NCBI GenBank assembly: GCA_945876385.1
Contig: CAMCNU010000009.1
Span: 17,898-41,897 of the forward strand
DNA from: an uncultured Veillonellaceae bacterium
GTDB lineage: Bacteria > Bacillota > Negativicutes > Veillonellales > Negativicoccaceae
DNA: 24,000 nucleotides
Direction of reading: 5' to 3'
A model generated the notes under the pieces. The model ran no database searches, was not told the DNA's origin, and saw nothing but the letters and a program-made list of their open reading frames with translations. Position 1 is the stretch's first letter. Each line of letters starts with the position of its first letter. This document shows positions 9,860 through 17,548 of this stretch, in pieces. Position numbers and translations under genes: made by a program.

Positions 9860-10558
9860 TCATTTTGAAAAATAGCGGCCGCGGCTTTCTTTGCGCGACT
9901 GCCATGCCTGTGTCAACGCCTTGGTCCACGCGGGATGGTGACCGTCCGTCACCAGCCAAAACATCTCGACCGTCGTCCCTCTGTCAATCAACCACGCGTG
10001 ATAGTACTGGTCCATCTGCACCCCGTGTTCGCGCCACGGTCGCATCCAGCTCCCGTAGAGCACACTGCCTTCGGCGTCGGCCTTGGCAAACGGCTGCAGC
10101 CATTGCACCTGCGGGCCGCAAAGTTGCGCCGCCAGTGCCGACGCCCGTGCCAGCCGCTCCGCGCGATCGGCCGGTACCTCACGGCGCGTCTGCTTGACCG
10201 TGAGCATCGGCAAACGCTGTTGCCCCGCCGCCTGTACGACAGCCCCGCGCGACGGCGTTACCGCTACCCGTTCCGTCCGCACAAAGGCGGCATCCAGCGG
10301 AATCCGCGCCGCCCACGCATAGGCAAAATCCGCCTCGCGCTGCCCGCGCAAGAGGTAGTATTCACTGCCGTAAATCCCGTGCCGATGTAAGCGCGCATTC
10401 CAGTTTCGCTCCGGTGCCGATGCCGGCATCCCGACCTCGACCTGCGTACCGGCAGGTAAGGTCATCTCGCCCAGACCCGGTATGCGCCACTCCGCCGCCT
10501 GCACGCTGCCGACCAGTACGCACAGCGCCGCACACGCACCGATCCAGATCCGTCTCAT
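9860..10558 (-). CDS. secreted hypothetical protein
   Basis: From ATG 10558 the product begins MRRIWIGACAALCVLVGSVQAAEW, which looks like a signal peptide. GAGGAGG lies 6 nt upstream. The gene sits 11 nt downstream of the glnS stop. I recognise no domain. Confidence 0.6.
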   Translation of the reverse strand: MRRIWIGACAALCVLVGSVQAAEWRIPGLGEMTLPAGTQVEVGMPASAPERNWNARLHRHGIYGSEYYLLRGQREADFAYAWAARIPLDAAFVRTERVAVTPSRGAVVQAAGQQRLPMLTVKQTRREVPADRAERLARASALAAQLCGPQVQWLQPFAKADAEGSVLYGSWMRPWREHGVQMDQYYHAWLIDRGTTVEMFWLVTDGHHPAWTKALTQAWQSRKESRGRYFSK

Positions 10559-10569
10559 GTGCGTCCTCC

Positions 10570-12243
10570 TCATGCTTTCTGCGCCCGGATTTTCGCCCAT
10601 GTATCGCGCAACCCGACAATGCGGTTCACGACCGGATGCCCCGCCGTCGTATCCGTATCGATGACGAAGTAGCCCTGCCGCATGAATTGGAACCGCGTCC
10701 CGACCGGATACTCCAAAATGGCCGGTTCCGCCAATGCCGCCAGCACGCGGAGCGAGGCTTCGTTGACCTTCTCTTCCGGTGCACGGTCATCAGCCGTGTC
10801 CTCCGGACTGAAGAGATACTCATACAAACGGGCTTCCGTCGGCACCGCGGTCGCGGCATTGACCCAATGCAACACGCCCTTGACCTTGCGCTGACTGCCC
10901 GGCGTGCCGCTCTTGGAATCGGGATCGTAGCTGCAGCGCAGCTCGACAATCTCGCCCGACGCATCCTTGACCACTTCGTCACAACGGATGATGTAGGCGT
11001 TTTTCAAGCGGACTTCCTTGCCCGGTGCCAAACGAAAGAACTTCTTTACCGGCTCTTCCATAAAATCCGCCCGCTCAATATAGAGCTCGCGGCCGAACGG
11101 CACCTCCCGCACGCCCGCCTGCGGGTCGTCGGGATTGTTTTCCACCGGCAAAAGTTCCTGCCGGTCCGCGGGATAATTCGTCAATACGACCTTCAGCGGT
11201 TCGAGCACCGTCATCAAGCGCGGCGCTTTCGTCTTGAGGTCTTCCCGTACACAAAACTCGAGCAGTCCGATATCGACCGTGCTGTCGTTTTTGGCGACAC
11301 CGATGCGCTCACAAAAATCCCGCAACGCTTCCGGCGTATAGCCGCGACGGCGAATCCCCGAAATCGTCGGCATCCGCGGGTCGTCCCAACCGGACACGAT
11401 GCCCGCTTCCACCAGCCGACGCAATTTGCGTTTGCTGGTAATCATCGTCGTCACATTCAAGCGGGCAAACTCGATTTGCCGCGGATGTTCCTTGGCCGGC
11501 CAGCTTTCCAAAAACCAATTGTACAGCGGCCGATGATCTTCAAATTCGAGCGTGCAAATCGAATGCGTAATATTTTCAATCGCATCGGACAGCGGGTGCG
11601 CATAATCGTACAAGGGGTAGATGCACCAGCGGTCTCCCGTCCGGTGATGATGCGCATGCAGGACGCGGTACATCACGGGGTCGCGCATGATGATATTCGG
11701 CGCCGCCATATCGATTTTGGCGCGTAAGACCTTCTCCCCGTCGCCGTACTTGCCGTCGCGCATCTCCGCAAAGAGCCGCAGATTTTCCTCGACACTGCGA
11801 TTGCGCCAGGGACTTTCCTTGCCGGGCGTGTTGAAATCGCCGCGATAGGCCTTGATTTCTTCACTGCTCAAATCATCTACATAGGCTTTGCCTTCGCGAA
11901 TCAACTGCTGCGCATAGGTATACATCTGTTCAAAATAGTCGGACGCAAAATGCGCTTCGCCTTCCCATTCAAACCCCAGCCACCGCACGTCTTCCTTGAT
12001 GGATTCGACGTATTCCGCTTCTTCCTTCGTCGGGTTCGTATCATCAAAACGCAAATTCGTCTTGCCGTGATACTTTTCTCCCAGTCCGAAATTCAGGCAG
12101 ATACTTTTGGCATGTCCGATATGCAAGTAGCCGTTCGGCTCCGGCGGAAATCGGGTATGCACGCGCTGATCGGCATACACCTCGTCGGCGATGTCGGCAT
12201 TGATTTCATTTTCAATAAAATTACTGCTTTTCCGCTCTTCCAT
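10570..12243 (-). CDS. glnS: glutamine--tRNA ligase
   Basis: RFPPEPNGYLHIGHAKS (HIGH motif) and a VTTMITSKRKL (KMSKS-like) region; the overall layout is GlnRS-like. I place the start at ATG 12243 (MEERKSSNF), which has GGGAGGAA upstream. Confidence 0.93.
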   Translation of the reverse strand: MEERKSSNFIENEINADIADEVYADQRVHTRFPPEPNGYLHIGHAKSICLNFGLGEKYHGKTNLRFDDTNPTKEEAEYVESIKEDVRWLGFEWEGEAHFASDYFEQMYTYAQQLIREGKAYVDDLSSEEIKAYRGDFNTPGKESPWRNRSVEENLRLFAEMRDGKYGDGEKVLRAKIDMAAPNIIMRDPVMYRVLHAHHHRTGDRWCIYPLYDYAHPLSDAIENITHSICTLEFEDHRPLYNWFLESWPAKEHPRQIEFARLNVTTMITSKRKLRRLVEAGIVSGWDDPRMPTISGIRRRGYTPEALRDFCERIGVAKNDSTVDIGLLEFCVREDLKTKAPRLMTVLEPLKVVLTNYPADRQELLPVENNPDDPQAGVREVPFGRELYIERADFMEEPVKKFFRLAPGKEVRLKNAYIIRCDEVVKDASGEIVELRCSYDPDSKSGTPGSQRKVKGVLHWVNAATAVPTEARLYEYLFSPEDTADDRAPEEKVNEASLRVLAALAEPAILEYPVGTRFQFMRQGYFVIDTDTTAGHPVVNRIVGLRDTWAKIRAQKA

Positions 12244-12279
12244 TCTTCTTCCTCCCATATGTGCCTACCAATTATTAGT

Positions 12280-12288
12280 ATTGTACCA
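12280..12288 (-). promoter_or_regulatory. extended -10 element (TGGTACAAT) for glnS
   Basis: The reverse complement of attgtacca is TGGTACAAT, about 37 nt upstream of the glnS ATG. The leader is too short for a T-box. Confidence 0.45.
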
Positions 12289-12334
12289 CAGCCGCATATA
12301 TTTGGCACTTCATGAAGCGATTTTCGCCGCCGCA

Positions 12335-12343
12335 TGCTATAAT
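12335..12343 (+). promoter_or_regulatory. extended -10 element (TGCTATAAT) for FAH-family gene
   Basis: TGCTATAAT lies 32 nt upstream of the ATG at 12375. It is divergent from the glnS promoter. Confidence 0.45.
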
Positions 12344-12374
12344 CAATCCGAATGAATCGGAAAGGAGTCTGTCT

Positions 12375-13265
12375 ATGCGTTGTGTATCATTTACTTATTA
12401 CGGATCGCCCGAGTGGGGTGTCGTCATCGAGCCGGACGAGACATCCGCGCCGGTACGCGCCGTACTCCGCGCCGCCGACCTGGAAGAACGCTACTTCATC
12501 CCGCTGCCGGCCTCGCTGGGCGAGCTCATCACCGCCGGCAAAGAGGGGCTGGTCACACTCGGCGCGGCCATCCAGCAATATCACGAAGACGAATGCGGGC
12601 ACGAACTGGCGACCGCGCTGGAGGAGGTCACCGTCACGATCCCCTTCCTGCCGCCGCGCAATCTCATCGGTATCGGGCGCAACTATCCCGACGGACGCGG
12701 CGATATGCCGGCCGCCCCCGTCTACTTCAGCAAACCGCCGACGACACTGATTGCCTGCGGCGATACCGTCCCGCTGCACGGGGACTGCACGAGTGAGGCG
12801 GATTACGAGGGCGAGCTCGCCGTCATCATCGGCGCCGTCACCAAGGATGTCACGCCGCACGAGGCGGCGGCGTCGATATTCGGCTACACCGTCGCCAATG
12901 ACATCACGGCGCGGGATCTGCAGCAGTCCCGCCAGCAATGGTTTTACGCCAAAGCATTGGACGGATTTACCCCGATCGGTCCCTATGTCCTGATCGGCGC
13001 GCGCGAGACGCCGTTTCATCTGACGACGCATGTCAATGACGAGTTGCGCCAGAGCGCAAGTACCGACGAGATGCATGTCGCCGTCACGGAAATCATCAGC
13101 GACCTCTCCCGCGTCATGACCCTGCTCCCCGGCGATATCCTCCTCACCGGCACGCCGGCCGGTACGGGCAGCGCGCAGAAAGAGCCCGCCTACTTGCGGG
13201 AAGGCGACCGCGTGCGCGTCACGATTGACGGCATCGGTACGCTCACCAATACCGTCGGCCGCTGA
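12375..13265 (+). CDS. fumarylacetoacetate hydrolase (FAH) family protein
   Basis: DYEGELAVIIG and GDILLTGTPAGTG are FAH-family motifs. I place the start at ATG 12375 (MRCVSFTYYG), which has AAAGGAG 7 nt upstream. The track ORF starts at 12312. Confidence 0.88.
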   Translation: MRCVSFTYYGSPEWGVVIEPDETSAPVRAVLRAADLEERYFIPLPASLGELITAGKEGLVTLGAAIQQYHEDECGHELATALEEVTVTIPFLPPRNLIGIGRNYPDGRGDMPAAPVYFSKPPTTLIACGDTVPLHGDCTSEADYEGELAVIIGAVTKDVTPHEAAASIFGYTVANDITARDLQQSRQQWFYAKALDGFTPIGPYVLIGARETPFHLTTHVNDELRQSASTDEMHVAVTEIISDLSRVMTLLPGDILLTGTPAGTGSAQKEPAYLREGDRVRVTIDGIGTLTNTVGR

Positions 13266-13327
13266 CCGATATACCGACAACGCAAGGTAATGCGAATCGG
13301 CACGCCCCCTGACAGAAAACGCCACAC

Positions 13328-13356
13328 AAAAAAGGACGGGATTCCCCGTCCTTTTT
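13328..13356. terminator. bidirectional intrinsic terminator shared by the FAH gene (+) and the OLD cassette (-)
   Basis: AAAAAA-GGACGGG-ATTC-CCCGTCC-TTTTT has a U-tract on either strand. It lies 14 nt from the stop of the 204-aa ORF. Confidence 0.8.
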
Positions 13357-13369
13357 GCATGCACGCAGT

Positions 13370-13984
13370 TTATGCCCGGCGCACCGCATCGAACTCCGCC
13401 AACGCCGCCGCCAGACACGGCGCGGCGATACCGTAGCGCGACGTCATCCCCAGTATCCGCCGCACCGCGCCCTGCGCATTTACCCACATCTGCGCCGATT
13501 CACCGCACAGCAGCAGGTAGCGTCCGCCCGCCGCGTCCGCGACATCGGCCGTCGGCACGATATCGGGCGGCAGTATCTCCGCCAACGGAACAGCGCTTTG
13601 CTCCGGAACGGACGCCAATGCCGCCAGCCCCTGTGCGCACGCCGCCAACTGCGTCAACCGATACGCCTCGCGCGCGGTCGCCGCAAACAACTCCGCATGT
13701 AGATGATGCGCCGGCATCGGGCCCGTCAACCACATCGCCGCCTCCGCACGCAAGTCCTCTCGGTCCCGCCACGCCTGCCGCGACGCAGCCGCCGCCCACA
13801 CGGTCGGCACCGCCTGCCCTGCCTGCGCGAGCGCGGCAATTCCCCGCAATAGCGGCGCCGTCTCTACGGCATCGTCTGTCCCTGCTACCTCCTGCCGCAA
13901 CGCCTGCGCCGTCACACTGCGTTCTTCCTCTGCAATCACGGCCGCCGCCGTCGCCATGACCTCTCCCCAATCGACTTGTTCCAT
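13370..13984 (-). CDS. hypothetical 204-aa protein, partner of the OLD-family nuclease (no recognisable domain)
   Basis: The ATG at 13984 is preceded by GGAGGAG, which overlaps the TAG stop of the upstream gene. In-frame codons end overwhelmingly in G (GCG, CAG, GAG, ACG, CCG, TTG), like other minus-strand genes here. The ORF stops just before the terminator. Composition is unusual: 52 Ala and 0 Lys by my count. Confidence 0.7.
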   Translation of the reverse strand: MEQVDWGEVMATAAAVIAEEERSVTAQALRQEVAGTDDAVETAPLLRGIAALAQAGQAVPTVWAAAASRQAWRDREDLRAEAAMWLTGPMPAHHLHAELFAATAREAYRLTQLAACAQGLAALASVPEQSAVPLAEILPPDIVPTADVADAAGGRYLLLCGESAQMWVNAQGAVRRILGMTSRYGIAAPCLAAALAEFDAVRRA

Positions 13985-13992
13985 CGCTCCTC

Positions 13993-15660
13993 CTAACGCG
14001 CCAGCTCGGCCGCCCGCGCAATCGCCTGTCGAAATGAATGCGGTATCATCTCCGCCGTCAGTATCCGTCCCAACGCCCGTCCGACAATCACGCCTTTATT
14101 GCTGTACAGCCAGGCAAAATAATAAAATGTCAAACCGTCCGTATCGCGTCCCGAAATATTTTTCAACTTCTTCGCACCGAAATACCGGTTGCCGTTCGGC
14201 TTCCACTTACGGGCGGCCTTCGTCGCCATCTCGCGCCGCACCTGCCCGTCACTGCCGCCGATAAGGCGCACCACGGAACGCAGCTCTTTGAGCCCGCGAT
14301 TGGCCAGCAAATGCTTCACCACGTCGAGCTCAAAGCACGGCCCTTCCGTGAAAAACGTATCCGGCATCTCGCCGACTTGCTCACGGACATCACGATCGTA
14401 CAGCTTAACCGTCCCCAGTCCGAACCGGTGGAACAACTCCGCAATCCGCGCAATCGAGCTCTCCCCGCGGGCATTAATCAGCGAAATCCCCACATAATCG
14501 AAATGCACACCGAGCGATTTGCCGAACTCAAAAAACGCACCGTACTCCGTCTCCCCCTCGACAATCAGGACCGAGCGGGCATAGAGCGCCTCCTTGATTT
14601 CCGGAAAATGCATCACCAGATGCTTTTCCACATCCGGCGCAAAGGAAAATTCCGCGCCGCACGCCGCCCGCACACGTCCCTTGTCATCCCGATACAAGCG
14701 CATAATATAATGATAATCGTCAATCAGACAATCCGTCGAGTGCGTGACGATAAACAATTGCCCCTCGAGCCCGTCCACGCCCAAAAAATACGACAGCAAG
14801 TCGGTGACCAATCGGCTTTGATTGGCGATAATATCCCGATAAAAATGCAAGAGCGAACGCTGCAAAAACGGGTGGAGATGGATTTCCGGCTCGTCAATAC
14901 TGATGACCAACGGCAAGTATCGTCGATGGCGCTCATCAATCAGCAGATTATTCTCCCAAAAGGCGCTGTCCCGGTTGCGCAACTCCGCCAGCTCCGTCAC
15001 CAACTGGAATACCGCCGCGAGCAACATGCGAAACGTCTGCGCCGCTGCCCGTTCATCGGGGACCCCCGTATGCAAGTACGTCAGCCAGTCATCCGTCTGC
15101 GCCGTCGCTTGGGCGACCTCTTCCGCCCGTACACCCGTCCGTCGGGCCAGCTCTGCCAACAACTCCAGCGCCGCCTCCCCGCGCTCGGCAAAATACCCCT
15201 CAATCGACCGCTTGTACGCCGCCTGCCGTGACGGCTCCATCCCCGTCCGTCCGAGCTGCGACGGCATATGTGCCACATACCGCAACCGATGCAGCCAAAT
15301 GCGATCGACAGGCTGCCCCGTCTCGACATTCACAATCGTAAACAGCTCCTCATCGGGGCGCTGCGTCACTTCCAAATGCAAAAAACCGTCCTCATCCGCC
15401 AACGGCTGTCCGTCCGTCAGCAACTTGTGCCGCGCTTTCAACTGGAGCGTCAGCCGCACACGAAGCGGCCGGCGCACATCCAAAAAATCCGTCGCTAAAA
15501 AACGCGTCCCCGTGTGCAAGGTGTGCAGCAAATCCAAAAAGTTGGACTTGCCGATGCGATGCGATCCGACCAGGTAATTCAACTGCGGATGAAACGCCAT
15601 GCGCACATGTCGAAACGTCCGATAATTTTCCGCCTCTATCGTTACGATATGCACCCTCAT
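13993..15660 (-). CDS. OLD-family ATP-dependent endonuclease (ABC-type ATPase + Toprim domain), 555 aa
   Basis: Walker A GSHRIGKS (nt 15544-15567). Walker B/D-loop LVISIDEPEIHLHP (14869-14910). H-loop LFIVTHS. Toprim glutamate block VLIVEGETEYGAF (14533-14568) and a DxD in KLYDRDV (14386-14403). I place the start at ATG 15660 (MRVHIVTIEAENY), which has a GGGGGA ribosome-binding site. The track ORF extends to 15816, across the promoter region. Confidence 0.85.
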   Translation of the reverse strand: MRVHIVTIEAENYRTFRHVRMAFHPQLNYLVGSHRIGKSNFLDLLHTLHTGTRFLATDFLDVRRPLRVRLTLQLKARHKLLTDGQPLADEDGFLHLEVTQRPDEELFTIVNVETGQPVDRIWLHRLRYVAHMPSQLGRTGMEPSRQAAYKRSIEGYFAERGEAALELLAELARRTGVRAEEVAQATAQTDDWLTYLHTGVPDERAAAQTFRMLLAAVFQLVTELAELRNRDSAFWENNLLIDERHRRYLPLVISIDEPEIHLHPFLQRSLLHFYRDIIANQSRLVTDLLSYFLGVDGLEGQLFIVTHSTDCLIDDYHYIMRLYRDDKGRVRAACGAEFSFAPDVEKHLVMHFPEIKEALYARSVLIVEGETEYGAFFEFGKSLGVHFDYVGISLINARGESSIARIAELFHRFGLGTVKLYDRDVREQVGEMPDTFFTEGPCFELDVVKHLLANRGLKELRSVVRLIGGSDGQVRREMATKAARKWKPNGNRYFGAKKLKNISGRDTDGLTFYYFAWLYSNKGVIVGRALGRILTAEMIPHSFRQAIARAAELAR

Positions 15661-15682
15661 TCCCCCTTCGTACCTTACCGCT

Positions 15683-15691
15683 ATTATACCA
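15683..15691 (-). promoter_or_regulatory. extended -10 element (TGGTATAAT) for the OLD cassette
   Basis: The reverse complement of attatacca is TGGTATAAT, about 23 nt upstream of the ATG at 15660. The -35 is weak. Confidence 0.5.
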
Positions 15692-15736
15692 ACATTTATC
15701 TCACTCTGCCCGACCGCGGAATCGGCAAAAAAGATA

Positions 15737-15764
15737 TTGCATCCGACCGATAATTTGCTATAAT
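15737..15764 (+). promoter_or_regulatory. sigma-70-type promoter for ddh
   Basis: TTGCAT (15737-15742), a 16-nt spacer ending in TGC, then TATAAT (15759-15764). It lies 30 nt upstream of the ATG. Confidence 0.65.
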
Positions 15765-15793
15765 ATTCACACACAAAAAGAAAGGATGATACT

Positions 15794-16765
15794 ATGCATA
15801 CATTACGAATCGGCATTGTCGGCTACGGCAATCTGGCGCGCGGTGTAGAACTCGCCGCCGCCCGCCAAGGCGACATCGAACTCGTCGCCATCTTCTCGCG
15901 CCGCGAGGGCGTACAAAGCGCCGGCGGCACCCCCGTCTATACGATGGACAAACTCGACGCATTCGTCGGTCAAATCGACGTCCTCATGCTCTGCGGCGGT
16001 TCCGCCAACGACCTGATGACCCAGGCTCGCGACATCGGGGCCAAATTCCACATCGTGGACAGCTTTGACACCCACGCGAAAGTCGAAGAGCACTTCACCG
16101 AGCTTGACGCCGTCTCCAAAGCGGCGGGCAAAGTCTCACTCATCTCCGTCGGCTGGGACCCTGGGCTCTTCTCTCTGCAGCGTCTGTACGGTGAAGCCGT
16201 CCTCCCGCACGGGAAAAACTACACCTTCTGGGGACGCGGTATCAGTCAGGGACACTCGAATGCGATTCGCCGCATTCCGGGAGTCGCCGACGCCAAGCAA
16301 TACACCGTCCCGAAAGAAGCCTGTCTCGAACGCTGTCGCCGCGGCGAACAAGCCGACATCAGCGCGCAGGAATCGCATCTGCGCGAATGCTACGTCGTCT
16401 TGGCGGACGGCGCCAATGCCGCTACCGTCGAGCAGGCCATCAAAACCATGCCCGACTACTTCGACGGCTATGAAACCGTCGTCCATTTCGTCAGTCAGGA
16501 AGAACTCGATCGCGACCACAGCGCCATGCCGCACGGCGGCTTTGTCCTGCGTGTCGGGGAAACCAAACCCGCGGAGACGGAAGTCATCGAGTACAGTCTC
16601 AAACTCGACAGCAACCCGTCCTTTACCGCAAGCGTTCTCGTCGCCTACGCGCGGGCGCTGATGCGCCTCGCCGCTCACGGCGCGACCGGATGCTTCACGG
16701 TCTTTGACATTCCGCCTGCGTATCTCTCGCCCAAATCACCGCGAGAACTGCGCAAACTGCTGTAA
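15794..16765 (+). CDS. ddh: meso-diaminopimelate D-dehydrogenase
   Basis: RIGIVGYGNLARGVE...VAIFSRR, GWDPGLFSL and WGRGISQGHSNAIRRIPGV closely resemble Corynebacterium-type Ddh. Confidence 0.92.
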   Translation: MHTLRIGIVGYGNLARGVELAAARQGDIELVAIFSRREGVQSAGGTPVYTMDKLDAFVGQIDVLMLCGGSANDLMTQARDIGAKFHIVDSFDTHAKVEEHFTELDAVSKAAGKVSLISVGWDPGLFSLQRLYGEAVLPHGKNYTFWGRGISQGHSNAIRRIPGVADAKQYTVPKEACLERCRRGEQADISAQESHLRECYVVLADGANAATVEQAIKTMPDYFDGYETVVHFVSQEELDRDHSAMPHGGFVLRVGETKPAETEVIEYSLKLDSNPSFTASVLVAYARALMRLAAHGATGCFTVFDIPPAYLSPKSPRELRKLL

Positions 16766-16776
16766 TCAACAATCAA

Positions 16777-16808
16777 TAAAAGGACTTGCCTAGGCAAGTC
16801 CTTTTTTG
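16777..16808. terminator. bidirectional intrinsic terminator between ddh (+) and the thrC operon (-)
   Basis: Perfect 22-nt palindrome AGGACTTGCCTAGGCAAGTCCT, flanked by an A-run and TTTTTT. Confidence 0.85.
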
Positions 16809-16834
16809 TTCCTGTACTATTGTCCGTTTCCGTT

Positions 16835-17548
16835 CTATTCTTCCGTCCGTGCTTTGCGGCGCTGTGTCCACCACCAGAGCGCGCCGTAGACGGCGGTCAC
16901 GCCGACTATCATCACGGTCAGGCGCATGCGGTTTTCATCGGCATTGACGAGGTCGTGACCGACGATGACTTCAATCGCCACCGAAGGCAATTTGCCGAGG
17001 AAACAGCCGATGATGTAGTCACGATACGATATGCTCGAAAGCGCGCCCAACGCCGTGACAAGTCCGTTCGGTGAATACGGTACGGCCCGCGCAATCGCCA
17101 TCGCCCACATCGTGCTGTAGCGGTCGAGTTTGGTGAGCATCTTGTTTTTCGCAATCAAGCGCTCCGCCATACCGCGAAACAGTGTGCGCATCATCCAAAA
17201 GGAAATAATCACGCCGACCGTTTCACCGACCCAGGAAATCAAAATTCCCCATCCGATACCGAAAACCAATCCGTTGGCCGTCGATAAAAATATCGAGGGC
17301 AAAAAGCCGACAATATTGATAATGACATCAATCAGAAAGCTGACCAGCATAGCGGCCGTGCCGAAACTCTTGAGATAGCGCACCGTGCCGCTGAAGTCAC
17401 CGCTTTGGGAAAGCCCCCAAATGGTCGGATAAAAGGCCGGATCCACCCAATGAATCCCGGCCAGCAGGAGGACCAGCAGTGCCAACAGCCCCCACTTGAT
17501 ATATCGTTCTTCGCGTTCGCTCCATTCCCGTTTCATTCTGCCTGTCAA
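16835..17548 (-). CDS. TVP38/TMEM64 (DedA-related) family membrane protein
   Basis: Multi-TM protein with VPYSPNGLVTALGALSSISYRDYIIGCFLGKLPS, as in the TVP38/YdjX family. The start is uncertain: TTG at 17548 overlaps the thrC stop, or ATG at 17536. Confidence 0.8.
   Translation of the reverse strand: MTGRMKREWSEREERYIKWGLLALLVLLLAGIHWVDPAFYPTIWGLSQSGDFSGTVRYLKSFGTAAMLVSFLIDVIINIVGFLPSIFLSTANGLVFGIGWGILISWVGETVGVIISFWMMRTLFRGMAERLIAKNKMLTKLDRYSTMWAMAIARAVPYSPNGLVTALGALSSISYRDYIIGCFLGKLPSVAIEVIVGHDLVNADENRMRLTVMIVGVTAVYGALWWWTQRRKARTEE

Noticed and set aside
9826-9860. Two TTGACA/TTGTCAA copies 20 nt apart upstream of the flavodoxin genes, considered as a possible Fur or PerR operator.
   Set aside because: There is no convincing match to the Fur-box inverted repeat. 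Tandem -35-like hexamers explain it more simply. I mention it only in the flavodoxin finding.
13370-15660. Apparent foreign codon usage of the OLD cassette (G-ending codons) compared with the adjacent ddh and FAH genes (C-ending codons).
   Set aside because: Other minus-strand housekeeping genes such as mutY and guaB show the same G-ending preference. The contrast tracks gene orientation (GC skew), so it is not evidence of recent horizontal transfer.
13264-15779. Short words shared by the two flanks of the OLD cassette: GACCGATA (13264 and 15745), GAATCGGCA (13294 and 15719) and CACACAAAAA (13323 and 15770). These could be insertion footprints.
   Set aside because: They are only 8-10 nt long. 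Their order is not collinear on the two sides, and one is low-complexity A-rich sequence that is part of a terminator. I cannot distinguish them from chance without statistics or comparison with an empty site in a relative.
13993-15816. N-terminal extension of the OLD ORF (track start 15816). Similar extensions occur for pssA, guaB, thrC, mutY, glnS, FAH and flavodoxin B.
   Set aside because: The extended starts lack Shine-Dalgarno sequences and run across promoters or upstream genes. Internal ATGs with GGAGG-type sites at 4-9 nt give N-termini matching the family consensus.
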